Below, in pieces: positions 1 through 9,210 of a DNA stretch of 64,000 bases. The notes beneath the pieces are model-generated. The model ran no database searches. It was not told the DNA's origin and saw nothing but the letters and a program-made list of their open reading frames with translations. The translations under genes were made by a program, and so were the position numbers. The stretch lies in assembly GCA_036676765.1 (NCBI GenBank), contig JAKFCH010000282.1, positions 45,340-109,339 on the forward strand. Reading direction: 5' to 3'. Source of the stretch: Deltaproteobacteria bacterium. GTDB taxonomy: Bacteria > Myxococcota_A > UBA796 > SXON01. Every line of letters begins with the position of its first letter. The first letter of the stretch is position 1.

Positions 1-2
1 GC

Positions 3-113
3 ACGATCATGTTCTGCAGCACGTTCTCGATGATCTTCGGCATCCTGACGCTCGTGTTCCTGAGCGATCCGGAAGTGGCCGCCTACTACGAGTCGAAGCA
101 GCTCACGGGGTAG
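3..113 (+). CDS. 3' end of an upstream gene of unknown product (hydrophobic C-terminus); 5' end lies outside the window
   Basis: Frame 3 reads TIMFCSTFSMIFGILTLVFLSDPEVAAYYESKQLTG, then TAG at 111-113. Convergent with ccmI. Confidence 0.35.
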   Translation, partial: TIMFCSTFSMIFGILTLVFLSDPEVAAYYESKQLTG

Positions 114-143
114 GTGGCCGCCGCCGCTACGGCCCCACCGCCG

Positions 144-1508
144 CTACGGCCCGACCGCCGCGAGCGTGATGGTCACGCCGGTGGTGCCCGGGCGGAGCGC
201 CGCGCTCTTGCCTTCGAGGTCGTCGGGCGACTTCGTCATGGCGTTCCCGTCGCGGTCGAGGTCGAGGCGCGCGGTGACGACGAGCTCGCCGGGCGTCGGC
301 ACGCCCGCGATCATGGCGTTGGCGGGCCCGAGCGTGAAGGACCACGGGAAGGCCTCCACGGGCACCCGCGTGACCCACGTGGGCGGGCCGCGGGTGACGC
401 CCGGGGGGCGGGCGGAGAGGAAGAGGGTGTCGCCCGGCCGGAACCGGCCGGCCACGCCCCCGTCGAGCGCGATGGTGCCGGTGATGTCGTCGGGAGAGGG
501 GCCGGTGGGGGCGGCGCCGCCGGACATCGGGCCCGCGCCGCCCGGGGACCCGGCGCTCGCGGAGGCGGTCGCGCCGCCGGGGCTCCCGGACGCGACCATG
601 GGGCCCTCGCCCGCGCGCGCGGCGTCGATGAGCGGGCCGACGGACTCGGCGAGCCGCGGATCCGCGGCGATGGCGCGCTCGAGGAGCGCGATGGCCTGAT
701 CCCGCTCGCCCGCCTGGAAGTGGAGCGCGCCGCGGTACGCGAGGGCCTCGCCGAAGCCCGGCGCGCCCTCGATCACGCGGTCGAGCGCCTTGGCGGAGGT
801 GGCGGCATCTCCGATGGCGATGAGCACGATGGCCTGGTGGGTGCGCGACTCGGGATCGTCGGGCGCGAGCGCCACGACGGCCTCGGCCTGCTGGTAGGAG
901 TCCATGAGCTTCCCGGCGTGCAGGAGAGCGTGGCCGTAGGCGTTGAGCGCCACGACGTCGGTGGGGGCGGCCTCGACGGCGGCGCGCAGCGTGGCGAGGT
1001 GGGCCTCCTGGGCGGGGCTGAGCGCGGCGGACGCGGCGGCGCCGTCGTCACCGCCGACGGCGTTGCCGGTCATCGTGGCGCCCTCGGGGCGCGGGGCCGC
1101 GAACTCCTGGAGGGTCAGGGCCAGCCCGCCGAGGAACAACACCACGCCGCCGCCCCAGAGGGCGCCCACGAGGCGCGGGTTGCGCGCGCCGAAGGTGTCG
1201 GGTGCGGCCGCGTTCGGGACGGCGGCGGGATCGCCGATGGCGTCGAGGTCGCGCAGCACGCGCGCAGCTTCGAGCTCGAGGCGGTCGCGCTCGGCGACCC
1301 ACTCGGCGCCGCTGTCCCCGCGCGCGGCGTTGTGCTCGCGGAGGAGGGCGTACTTGGCGTCCTTCTGGCGCTCGAGCTCCTCCCGGCGGGTGCGCTCGGG
1401 GGCGGGGAGCGCCGCGCCGCGCCGGCTGCGCAACACCACGAAGATGCCGACGGCGAGGGCGACGAGGAGGACGATGAGGCCGGGCGCCCAGTTGGTCGGG
1501 GTGTTCAA
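144..1508 (-). CDS. ccmI: Cytochrome c-type biogenesis protein CcmI/CycH (TPR protein)
   Basis: A TM segment (WAPGLIVLLVALAVGIFVVL) follows the start directly. TPR-like helices are present (ALNAYGHALLHAGKLMDSYQQAEAVVALAP, ALAYRGALHFQAGERDQAIALLERAIAADP). It is the last gene of the ccm operon. The TTG at 1508 overlaps the ccmH TGA (TTGA); the start is uncertain. Confidence 0.7.
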   Translation of the reverse strand: MNTPTNWAPGLIVLLVALAVGIFVVLRSRRGAALPAPERTRREELERQKDAKYALLREHNAARGDSGAEWVAERDRLELEAARVLRDLDAIGDPAAVPNAAAPDTFGARNPRLVGALWGGGVVLFLGGLALTLQEFAAPRPEGATMTGNAVGGDDGAAASAALSPAQEAHLATLRAAVEAAPTDVVALNAYGHALLHAGKLMDSYQQAEAVVALAPDDPESRTHQAIVLIAIGDAATSAKALDRVIEGAPGFGEALAYRGALHFQAGERDQAIALLERAIAADPRLAESVGPLIDAARAGEGPMVASGSPGGATASASAGSPGGAGPMSGGAAPTGPSPDDITGTIALDGGVAGRFRPGDTLFLSARPPGVTRGPPTWVTRVPVEAFPWSFTLGPANAMIAGVPTPGELVVTARLDLDRDGNAMTKSPDDLEGKSAALRPGTTGVTITLAAVGP

Positions 1509-2203
1509 CGGGACTCCTCGCGGACGCGCCGCAGGTAGGCGGTCAGGGCCGGATCGGAGGGGCCGGCCGCGGGCTCGGTCACGTCCGAGGCCTCGGCGGG
1601 GGGCGGCTCGTCGCGCCCGGTCGTGCTCGAGGGCGATTCGGTGCGCCCGCCTCGACCGGCCACGCGCGCGCGGCGCCCGGGGGCGTTGACCGACCAGCCG
1701 ATCCATCCGACGCCGACGAGCAGGAGCAGCACCGGCGCGGCCCAGACGAGGACGTTGACGCCCTCGAACTTCGGCTCCAACCGGATGAACTCGCCGTAGC
1801 TCGCCTCGAAGTAGAGCAGCACCTGCTCGGCGTCGTAGCCCTGGGCGACGAGCGCCTCGACCTCGGCCCGCATCGCGAGTGCGCTCTCCGCGCGGCTGTC
1901 GGCGACCGAGAGCCCCTGGCACGTGGGGCAGCGCAAAAGCTTCGCGACGGCGTGCGTCTGCTCGCGCAGGGGCTCCCCGGCGAGCGGCGGCCCGGCGGGG
2001 GCGCCGATGAGGTCGGAGGGATCGATGGCGGGGGCGGCGGGCGCATCCGCAGGGGCCGCGTCGGGAGGGGCCGCGTCGGGAGGGGCCGCCTCGGTAGGAG
2101 GGGCGCCTGGCGGGACCGCCTGGGCCCCCGAAGGCTCGGAAGGGGGGATCTCCGCCAGCGCGGGGGCCGCCAGGAAGACGGCGAGCACGAGCGCGCGGAT
2201 CAC
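1505..2203 (-). CDS. ccmH: Cytochrome c-type biogenesis protein CcmH
   Basis: Signal peptide VIRALVLAVFLAAPALA, LRCPTCQG (CXXC) motif and a C-terminal TM segment. The GTG start overlaps the ccmG stop (GTGA). Confidence 0.85.
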   Translation of the reverse strand: MIRALVLAVFLAAPALAEIPPSEPSGAQAVPPGAPPTEAAPPDAAPPDAAPADAPAAPAIDPSDLIGAPAGPPLAGEPLREQTHAVAKLLRCPTCQGLSVADSRAESALAMRAEVEALVAQGYDAEQVLLYFEASYGEFIRLEPKFEGVNVLVWAAPVLLLLVGVGWIGWSVNAPGRRARVAGRGGRTESPSSTTGRDEPPPAEASDVTEPAAGPSDPALTAYLRRVREESR

Positions 2204-2862
2204 GAGCCCACCAGCGGCGCGAGCTGTTCCATGAGCGTGGCCGCCTCGACCGGCCCGGTGAACTTGTAGGTGACGACGCCGTTGCCGTCGACGATGTAGG
2301 TCTCGGGCACGCCGTAGACCCCGTAGGCGATCGCGGCCTTCGAGCCAGTGTCGAGGAGCTGCGGGTAGGCGTTCCCCATCTTGTCGAGCCACGCCTGGAT
2401 CTTCGTCGGCTCGTCCTGGTAGACGACGCCGAAGAACCGCACCTTGCCCTGCATCCGGCGGGCGACGGCCACGAGGGTCCGGTGCTCGGTCTTGCAGGGC
2501 ACGCACCACGTGGCCCAGAAGTTGACGACCGCGGGCTGCCCGCGCTGCTCGGAGAGCCGCACGGGGGCGGTGCCGTCGATGGGGGAGAGCGTGAAGTCGG
2601 GCGCGGTCTTGCCGATGAGCGGCGAGTCGATCTGGTGGGGATCGTTCTGGAAGCCGAGGGCGAGGACGAGCACGAGCGGCGCGGTGACGGCGATGCCGCC
2701 GAACCACACCGCGAGGTTCACCCGACCGCGGAGCGCGACGCCGAGGGCGACGAGCGCCGCGACGCCGAGCGCCCACCCGAGGACGGTCGCGGCGCCGGAG
2801 GCGTCGACCACGAGCCCCACCGAGGACAGGGCCGCGGCGGTGCTGGCCAGGACCGTGTCCAT
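2200..2862 (-). CDS. ccmG: Thiol:disulfide interchange protein DsbE/CcmG
   Basis: N-terminal TM segment and thioredoxin fold with the WATWCVPC active site; GVYGVPETYIVD is also present. Lies between ccmF and ccmH. Confidence 0.9.
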   Translation of the reverse strand: MDTVLASTAAALSSVGLVVDASGAATVLGWALGVAALVALGVALRGRVNLAVWFGGIAVTAPLVLVLALGFQNDPHQIDSPLIGKTAPDFTLSPIDGTAPVRLSEQRGQPAVVNFWATWCVPCKTEHRTLVAVARRMQGKVRFFGVVYQDEPTKIQAWLDKMGNAYPQLLDTGSKAAIAYGVYGVPETYIVDGNGVVTYKFTGPVEAATLMEQLAPLVGS

Positions 2863-4880
2863 CACTTGCTCGCCGCCTCGGCCGCGTGGGGCGGCCTGCC
2901 GACGCCCGCTCCGGAGCGGGTGCCCGCCTGGAGGAAGCGGACCGGCGTGAGCGAGAGCAGCGTGCCGAGCGCGGCGAGCGCGGCGCCGAGCCAGATCCAC
3001 ACCACCACCGGCTTTCGGAAGACGTGCAGCCCGACGGCGTTGTCGTTGATGCTCATCAGGGAGAGGTAGAGGTCGTAGCCGAGCGTCGTGCGCACGTCGG
3101 GCGCGCCGATGGGCGTCATCATGCCGGGGTAGGACACGAGGGCGGGCGAGATGAGGTGCGACTCGCCGCCCTTCGTGGCGCGGAAGTCGGCGACCTCGAG
3201 GGTCCGGTTCGGCTCCTTCACCGTCCGCGCCTGCTCGAAGCAGATCTGGTAGCCCTCGAACGACAGGCACTCGCCCTTCGCGAGGCGGGTCTCCGTGTCG
3301 ACGCCGTAGGCGGACGAGAGCGCGATCGCGAGGATCATGACGATGACGCCGAGGTGCACGATGTAGCCGCCGATGCGACGGTGGCTCTGACCGAGGGCGC
3401 GGAGCGCGGCGGACCCCCACGAGCCCATCCCGACCGAGCCGCCGGCGACCGCCTGCGCCCGCACCGGCGCGACCATCTCGCGGAGCGTGACGTAGGCCGC
3501 GAAGCCGGCGCACCCGAGGGTGACGAGCGGCCACGGCTCCCGGAGGCCGTAGGCGAGCCCGGCGACGACCGCCGAGACGCCGAACGCCAGCGGCGGGAGC
3601 ACCTGCGTGCGCACGCGCGCCATCGACGCCTGGCCCCACGGGAGCGCGGGCCCGACGCCCATGAGGAACAGGATCGCCACGCCGATCGGCACGGCCATCC
3701 GGTTGAAGTAGGGCTCGCCGACGGAGAGCTTGACGCCCTTCACGGCCTCGGCGAGGAGCGGGAAGGTGGTGCCGACGAGCACCGTGAACGTGAGCGCGAC
3801 GAAGAGCAGGTTGTTCAGCAGGAACGCGGTTTCCCGGCTCACCACCGCGGAGACCGGACCCTCGCCCTCGAGCTTGTCGACGCGGAGCGCGAGCAGCGCC
3901 ACCGAGAACACGAGGCAGATCGACAGGAACGCGAGGATCGTGGGCCCGATGTCGGACTGGCTGAACGAATGGACCGAGTTGAACACGCCGCTGCGCGTCA
4001 TGAACGTGCCGAGGAGCGTGAGCAGGAAGCTCGCGATCACCAGCGTGACGGTCCACCCCTTCAAGGCACCGCGCCGGTGCGGCAACATCGCGGCGTGCAG
4101 CGCGGCGGTGGCGGTCAACCACGGCAGCAACGAGGCGTTCTCCACCGGATCCCACGCCCAGTACCCGCCCCAGCCGAGCACCTCGTAGGCCCACCACCCG
4201 CCGAGCACGATGCCGACGGTGAGGAACCCCCAGGCGACGAGCAGCCAGCGACGCAACGGCGCGATCTGCGAGGCCTCGAGGCGGCCCGCGAACAGGGCTC
4301 CCGCGGCGATGCCGAACGGAATGGTCATCCCGACGTAGCCCAGGTAGAGCATCGGCGGGTGGATGATCATCAGGACGTGGTTCTGGAGCAGCGGGTTCGG
4401 GCCCGGCCCGTCGAGCGGGACGGGGCTCGGCGCCGGGAGGAAGGCGTTGGCGGGCCCGGCGAGGAGGAAGCAGAAGAACGCGCCCACGGCGAGCCACACG
4501 CCGGTGGCCCAGGGCATCGTGGATGGGTTGTCGTCCCCGTTCCAGGCGGTGGCGGCCGCGACGTAGATCCCGAGGATCAGGCCCCAGAAGAGGATCGAGC
4601 CCTCGAGCGAGGACCACAGGCTCACGATGCTGATGTAGGTCGGGGAGGCGAGGCTGCCGACCTGGGCCACGTACTTGACCGAGAAGTCGTGGGTGAGGAG
4701 CGCGTACTCCATCGTGAGGTTCGCCAGCACCATGCAGGCGGCGAACCCGTACGCGAGGCGACGCGCCCAGGCCCAGCCGGCCGCCGAACGCATGGCCCCG
4801 GCGCCGAAGCCCGCCACGGATCCCGCGGCCGCGCACGCGAGCCCGCAGAGGACGAAGGCCTGACCGATCTCGGCGGTCAT
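2862..4880 (-). CDS. ccmF: Cytochrome c heme lyase subunit CcmF
   Basis: 672-aa polytopic membrane protein with a Trp-rich segment (GWGGYWAWDPVENASLLPW). Its ATG overlaps the ccmE stop (ATGA). Confidence 0.95.
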   Translation of the reverse strand: MTAEIGQAFVLCGLACAAAGSVAGFGAGAMRSAAGWAWARRLAYGFAACMVLANLTMEYALLTHDFSVKYVAQVGSLASPTYISIVSLWSSLEGSILFWGLILGIYVAAATAWNGDDNPSTMPWATGVWLAVGAFFCFLLAGPANAFLPAPSPVPLDGPGPNPLLQNHVLMIIHPPMLYLGYVGMTIPFGIAAGALFAGRLEASQIAPLRRWLLVAWGFLTVGIVLGGWWAYEVLGWGGYWAWDPVENASLLPWLTATAALHAAMLPHRRGALKGWTVTLVIASFLLTLLGTFMTRSGVFNSVHSFSQSDIGPTILAFLSICLVFSVALLALRVDKLEGEGPVSAVVSRETAFLLNNLLFVALTFTVLVGTTFPLLAEAVKGVKLSVGEPYFNRMAVPIGVAILFLMGVGPALPWGQASMARVRTQVLPPLAFGVSAVVAGLAYGLREPWPLVTLGCAGFAAYVTLREMVAPVRAQAVAGGSVGMGSWGSAALRALGQSHRRIGGYIVHLGVIVMILAIALSSAYGVDTETRLAKGECLSFEGYQICFEQARTVKEPNRTLEVADFRATKGGESHLISPALVSYPGMMTPIGAPDVRTTLGYDLYLSLMSINDNAVGLHVFRKPVVVWIWLGAALAALGTLLSLTPVRFLQAGTRSGAGVGRPPHAAEAASK

Positions 4881-5311
4881 TCGCCGTCCAGGGTGCCGAA
4901 CATGGCCTTCTCGGTGGGCATCTCACCGGCTTCGGGGGCGCGGTACTCGTTGTCGTGCTTCACCATCATCCGGCGGCTCTGGAACTGGCCCGCGCCGTCG
5001 ACCGTGCCCTCGACCACCACGCCGATGCCCTCGCGGAACATCTGCGGGGGCACCTCGCGCGTGGTCACGGGCACGGTGGTCGTGCCGTCGGTGACGCGGA
5101 AGTTGAGGATCTGCCCGTCCGGCACGAGGCTGCCCGGCTCGACGAGGCCGCCGAGGCGGATGGTGGCGCCCACCGCCTTCTCCTTCGCGGCCACCATCTC
5201 GGTGGGGCTCCAGTAGTAGACGAGGTTCTCGCCGAGATCGCCGACGGCGATGTACGCGAGCGCCGCGCCCGCGACGAGCACGGCGCCGATGGCCCAGGCC
5301 TTCCCCTTCAT
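4877..5311 (-). CDS. ccmE: Heme chaperone CcmE
   Basis: Begins MKGKAWAIGAVLVAGAALAYIA (membrane anchor). The C-terminal VKHDNEY carries the heme-binding His-x3-Tyr. Start set at the internal Met of ORF 4877..5404, which overlaps the ccmD stop. Confidence 0.9.
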   Translation of the reverse strand: MKGKAWAIGAVLVAGAALAYIAVGDLGENLVYYWSPTEMVAAKEKAVGATIRLGGLVEPGSLVPDGQILNFRVTDGTTTVPVTTREVPPQMFREGIGVVVEGTVDGAGQFQSRRMMVKHDNEYRAPEAGEMPTEKAMFGTLDGE

Positions 5312-5427
5312 CCCTTCCCCTTGGACAGCCGGAGCTGCAGCGACACCGCGTAGATCACGAGCACCGCCGCGGTCAGGCCGTAGGCCCCCCACACGTACTC
5401 CCAACCGCCCTGGATCATCCCGGTCAT
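5308..5427 (-). CDS. ccmD: Heme exporter protein CcmD (39 aa)
   Basis: MTGMIQGGWEYVWGAYGLTAAVLVIYAVSLQLRLSKGKG has a single TM segment. It sits between ccmC and ccmE with ATGA overlaps at both ends. Confidence 0.7.
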   Translation of the reverse strand: MTGMIQGGWEYVWGAYGLTAAVLVIYAVSLQLRLSKGKG

Positions 5428-6089
5428 GCCGCCTCCAGATCCGTCATCTCCGCCGCCAACCGCTGCCGCGCGATCCGGTAGCGCCGCGCCACGAACCAGA
5501 TGGCGAGGAACAGGAACGCGAACGCGTTGATGCGCAGGGGGGTCACCATCGAGCCGTCGACGGTCGAGGGCGAGGACTGCACCTGGTGCAGCGAGCGCCA
5601 CCAGCGCACCGAGAAGTAGACCACCGGCACGTCCACGTAGGCGATGATCGACGCCACCGCGGTCCACGTGGCGCGGCGCTTCGGCTCGTCCACGAACGAC
5701 CGCAACGCGAGGATGGCCCCGAACGCCAGCACGAGCACCGCGGCGGTGGTGAGGCGCGGATCCCAGTCCCACCAGACGCCCCAGGTGGGCCGCGCCCAGA
5801 TGCTGCCGAGCGCGATGAGCAGGCACCCGAGCACCACCCCGACCTCGATGCCGGCCTCCTGCAGGGCGTCCCACCCCCAGGTGCCGCGCCACAGCCACCC
5901 GATCGAGGCGACGAACACCATCGTGAACACGACGAGCGTGGCCCACGCCGCCGGGACGTGCACGTACATGATCCGCATCACGTCGCCCATGAAGCGGTCG
6001 GGCGGCGCGTGGAAGAGGCCCTGCCAGCTTCCGATCCCCAGCAGCACGAGGCCGAAGAGGCCGACGACGTGCTCCCACCGGTTCTTCAT
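5424..6089 (-). CDS. ccmC: Heme exporter protein CcmC
   Basis: 221-aa membrane protein with the WGVWWDWDPRLT tryptophan-rich motif. Confidence 0.95.
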   Translation of the reverse strand: MKNRWEHVVGLFGLVLLGIGSWQGLFHAPPDRFMGDVMRIMYVHVPAAWATLVVFTMVFVASIGWLWRGTWGWDALQEAGIEVGVVLGCLLIALGSIWARPTWGVWWDWDPRLTTAAVLVLAFGAILALRSFVDEPKRRATWTAVASIIAYVDVPVVYFSVRWWRSLHQVQSSPSTVDGSMVTPLRINAFAFLFLAIWFVARRYRIARQRLAAEMTDLEAA

Positions 6090-6093
6090 CGGA

Positions 6094-6771
6094 TCAATCC
6101 TCCACCACGCGGCCGAAGAGCAGGCCGCACAGGCTCCAGTAGATGACGTTGAACGCGGTGAGGAGCCCGACCCAGCTCGAGAGCTGGTTCATGGGATCCC
6201 CGGCGAGGATGAGCGAGGTGGCCTTGACCGACGACAGTAGGGCCGGGACCACCAGGGGAAAGAGGAGCAGGGGCAGGAGCACGTCGCTCCCGCGGGCCCG
6301 CGCCGAGAGCGCCGAGTAGAGCGTGCCCGGCGCCACGAGCCCCGCCGCCCCGAGCGCGATCACGCCCGCGAGGCGCGGCACCCCGAGGGGGATCGACGTG
6401 TCGTAGAGCGCGACCATCACCGGGATGAGCGCGATGCCGAGGCCGGTGAGCACCGCGAGGTTCGCGAGGGCCTTGCCGTAGTAGATCGCGCGCGGATCGG
6501 TGGGGAGGAGCAGGAGCCCCTCGAGCGCGCCGTTCTGCATCTCGATGCGGAAGGACTCGGCCAGGGAGAGGGTGCTGCAGAGGAGCAGCGCCAGCCAGAG
6601 GTACCCGGCCGCGTTGGTCCGGAGCATCACGGTGTCCGGGCCGTTGGCGAAGGAGAACAGGAGCAGCGTCGTGAGGCCGAACACCGCGACCGCGGCGAGA
6701 CGCGCACGGGCCCGCCACTGGTGCAGCAGGTCCTTGCGGAGCACGTGGGCGCATTGGTAGAGTAGCTCCAT
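6094..6771 (-). CDS. ccmB: Heme exporter permease CcmB
   Basis: Begins MELLYQCAHVLRKDLLHQWR and is a polytopic membrane protein between ccmA and ccmC. Start placed at the internal Met (residue 38 of ORF 6094..6882). Confidence 0.88.
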   Translation of the reverse strand: MELLYQCAHVLRKDLLHQWRARARLAAVAVFGLTTLLLFSFANGPDTVMLRTNAAGYLWLALLLCSTLSLAESFRIEMQNGALEGLLLLPTDPRAIYYGKALANLAVLTGLGIALIPVMVALYDTSIPLGVPRLAGVIALGAAGLVAPGTLYSALSARARGSDVLLPLLLFPLVVPALLSSVKATSLILAGDPMNQLSSWVGLLTAFNVIYWSLCGLLFGRVVED

Positions 6772-6782
6772 CGGGCGCCCGG

Positions 6783-7541
6783 CTACTCCTGGGGTTCCCC
6801 GGCTGCTCCGGACGAGTCGGCGGACGGTCCGGCCGCGACGGCTGCGTCCACGGCGGGCGCGTCCTTCGCGTTCCCGCGCCACTTAACGCGCCCGGCCTCC
6901 AGGAGCACCGCGTCGTCGCAGAGTGTGGCCCCGCGTGCCACCTGGTGGGTCGACAGGACGACGGTCGTGCCGCCGGCCCGCAGCTCGTGGATCAGGGCGT
7001 CGACGAAGCGGCCCCCGGCGGGATCGAGCCCGGCGTAGGGCTCGTCGAGCAGCACGAGATCGGCGCGCTTCCACAGGAGCCGGGCGAAGGCCAGCCGCTT
7101 GCGCATGCCCGCGGAGAAGGTGCGCACGATGTCGTTCGCGCGGCCCGCGAGGCCGACGCGGGCGAGCACGGCGTCCACGTCGGCGCCGGGCCGCGGGGCG
7201 AGGCTGGCGCAGACGACCAGGTTCTCGCGCGCGCTCAGATCGTCGTAGTGGTGGTCCGAGTGGGAGAGCATCGCGACGCGCGAACGCGCGGCCTCCGGCG
7301 GCCCGCCGAAGAGGCGGAGCGTGCCCGTGGTGGGGGTGAGCGCCGTGCCGAGCAGCCGGATGAGGGTCGTCTTGCCGGACCCGTTCGGGCCGATGACCAT
7401 CAACGCGCGGCCGGCCTCGAGCTCGAGCTCGACGCCGCGGAGCGCCCATCTGCCCGCGTGCCGGCGTGCCAGGCGTTCGGCCGTGACGACGCTGGCGCGT
7501 GGCGAAACGAGGGCGCTACTCCTGACATTGACCGTCGACAT
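6783..7541 (-). CDS. ccmA: Heme export ABC transporter ATP-binding protein CcmA
   Basis: Walker A GPNGSGKTT, signature FSAGMRKRL and Walker B LVLLDEP. Start at MSTVNV; the alternative is 7604. Has a ~30-aa Ala/Gly/Ser-rich C-terminal tail. Confidence 0.85.
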   Translation of the reverse strand: MSTVNVRSSALVSPRASVVTAERLARRHAGRWALRGVELELEAGRALMVIGPNGSGKTTLIRLLGTALTPTTGTLRLFGGPPEAARSRVAMLSHSDHHYDDLSARENLVVCASLAPRPGADVDAVLARVGLAGRANDIVRTFSAGMRKRLAFARLLWKRADLVLLDEPYAGLDPAGGRFVDALIHELRAGGTTVVLSTHQVARGATLCDDAVLLEAGRVKWRGNAKDAPAVDAAVAAGPSADSSGAAGEPQE

Positions 7542-7578
7542 CGGCCCGCCGGATAACGCGTTAGGTCGGGCCTCGCCG

Positions 7579-8061
7579 ATGGACGCCCCCGCATCGATCC
7601 CCACGCCCGTCTTCCACGTCGCGTTGGTGCACCCGGAGATCCCGCAGAACGCGGGGAACGTGGGCCGGATGTGCCTCGGGATCGGCGCGAGGCTCCACCT
7701 CGTTCACCCCCTCGGGTTCTCGACCTCGGAGGCGGCGGTGCGGCGCGCGGGGCTCGACTATTGGAAGCACGTGGATCTGATGGAGCACGCGGACCTCGAC
7801 GCGTTCTGGGCATGGGCGGCGGCGCGCCGCGTCTGGTGCCTGTCGTCGCACGGGTCGGTTCCCTACACCCGCGCGCCCTTCGCCGAGGGGGATGTCCTGG
7901 TGTTCGGCCGCGAGTCCGTCGGGCTCCCGCCCGAGGTGCTCTTCGGGCGTGACGCGCTGCAGATCCCGATGACCGGCCCCACGCGGAGCCTCAACCTCTC
8001 CAATGCGGCCGCCGTGGTGGCCTACGCCGCGCTCGCCCGCGTGCGCCCGGAGCTTTTCTGA
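7579..8061 (+). CDS. trmL: SpoU/TrmL-type tRNA 2'-O-methyltransferase
   Basis: 160 aa with HVALVHPEIPQNAGNVGRMC, VLVFGRESVGLP and RSLNLSNAAAVVAYAA, typical of the YibK/TrmL SPOUT family. Confidence 0.85.
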   Translation: MDAPASIPTPVFHVALVHPEIPQNAGNVGRMCLGIGARLHLVHPLGFSTSEAAVRRAGLDYWKHVDLMEHADLDAFWAWAAARRVWCLSSHGSVPYTRAPFAEGDVLVFGRESVGLPPEVLFGRDALQIPMTGPTRSLNLSNAAAVVAYAALARVRPELF

Positions 8062-9107
8062 TGTTTCCGCCCGACTTCTACGCGGTGGTGCTCGCCGGGG
8101 GGCGGGGCACCCGCTTCTGGCCGCTCTCGCGGCGGAGCGTCCCGAAGCAGTGCCTCTCGATCGACGGGGGGCCTACGCTCCTCCAGCGCACGCTGGCCCG
8201 GACCGGCCTGCCTCCCGAGCGCATCCTCGTCGTGACCGGGCCGGACATGGTCGAGCCCGTGCGCGCGCAGATCCCGGGCGTCGAGGTGCTCGTCGAGCCG
8301 AGCCCGCGCAACACGGCGCCCGCCATCGCGTGGGCCACCTGGGAGGTCGCCCGTCGCGGCGGCACCGCGTGCGCCATCCTGCCGTCGGACCACGTGATCG
8401 CCGACGAGCCCGCGTTCCGGGCCTCCCTCGCCCACGCGGTCGACGTGGCCGCCACCGGCGCGCTCGTCACGCTCGGGGTGCGCCCGACCCGCGCGGAGAC
8501 CGGGTACGGCTGGATCGAGCCGGAGGACGGCCCCGAGCCGGGCCGGCCCGACCGGACGGACCGCCCCGTCCGCCGCTTCGTCGAGAAGCCCCCGTTGGAG
8601 ACCGCCGAGCGGCTCCTCGCCGGGGGGCGCCACCTCTGGAACGCCGGCATGTTCGTCTGGACCCCGAAGGCCCTGCTCGACGCCGTCGCCCAGCACCTTC
8701 CCGGCACCGCGGCGATGCTCGCGCAGCTCGACGCGGGTGCCTCGGTGGAGGAGGCGTGGGGCCTCTCCGACGCCACCAGCATCGACTACGGCGTGCTGGA
8801 GCGCGCGCGCGGCATCCGGGTCGTGCCGGTCGACTTCGGGTGGTCCGACGTCGGGAGCTGGCCGGCGCTCCTCGACGTGCTGCCGCCGGGAGAGGGCGGC
8901 GTGGCCGTGGCGGAGGCCGTCGTGGCGCGCCGCGCGGAGGGCAACATCGTCCACGCCGCGGGGAAGCTCGTCGCCCTGCTCGGCGTCGACGATCTCATCG
9001 TGGTGGACACCCCCGACGCGCTGCTCGTCGCCCGCCGCTCCGATGCCCAGGAGGTGCGCCTCCTCCTCGAGGAGGTCGAGCGGCGCGGGCTCGGACGCTA
9101 CGCTTGA
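8061..9107 (+). CDS. manC: Mannose-1-phosphate guanylyltransferase-like NDP-sugar pyrophosphorylase
   Basis: The N-terminus AVVLAGGRGTRFWPLSRRSVPKQCL is the nucleotidyltransferase signature; GYGWIE and WNAGMFVW are also present. A 1-nt TGATG overlap links it to trmL. Confidence 0.8.
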   Translation: MFPPDFYAVVLAGGRGTRFWPLSRRSVPKQCLSIDGGPTLLQRTLARTGLPPERILVVTGPDMVEPVRAQIPGVEVLVEPSPRNTAPAIAWATWEVARRGGTACAILPSDHVIADEPAFRASLAHAVDVAATGALVTLGVRPTRAETGYGWIEPEDGPEPGRPDRTDRPVRRFVEKPPLETAERLLAGGRHLWNAGMFVWTPKALLDAVAQHLPGTAAMLAQLDAGASVEEAWGLSDATSIDYGVLERARGIRVVPVDFGWSDVGSWPALLDVLPPGEGGVAVAEAVVARRAEGNIVHAAGKLVALLGVDDLIVVDTPDALLVARRSDAQEVRLLLEEVERRGLGRYA

Positions 9108-9136
9108 CGGACATCCGGCCGCCGGTCCGTTAGAAT
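9108..9136 (+). promoter_or_regulatory. Candidate sigma70-type promoter (-35 CGGACA, 17-nt spacer, -10 TAGAAT)
   Basis: TAGAAT (9131-9136) stands out in a GC-rich intergenic region, and CGGACA lies 17 nt upstream. Located 75 nt before the lipoprotein ATG at 9211. Pattern match only. Confidence 0.25.
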
Positions 9137-9210
9137 CGCCGCCTCCGCCCGCGCGCCCGCCCCCGTCCCCGATCGTTGGGGGGGGGCCCTCCTTCGAATC
9201 CGAGGCTCCC

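Noticed and set aside
9104-9109. TTGACG hexamer overlapping the manC-like stop, considered as a -35 box for the TAGAAT at 9131
   Set aside because: The spacer would be 21 nt, too long for a sigma70-type promoter. The weaker CGGACA at a 17-nt spacing was used for the low-confidence call instead.
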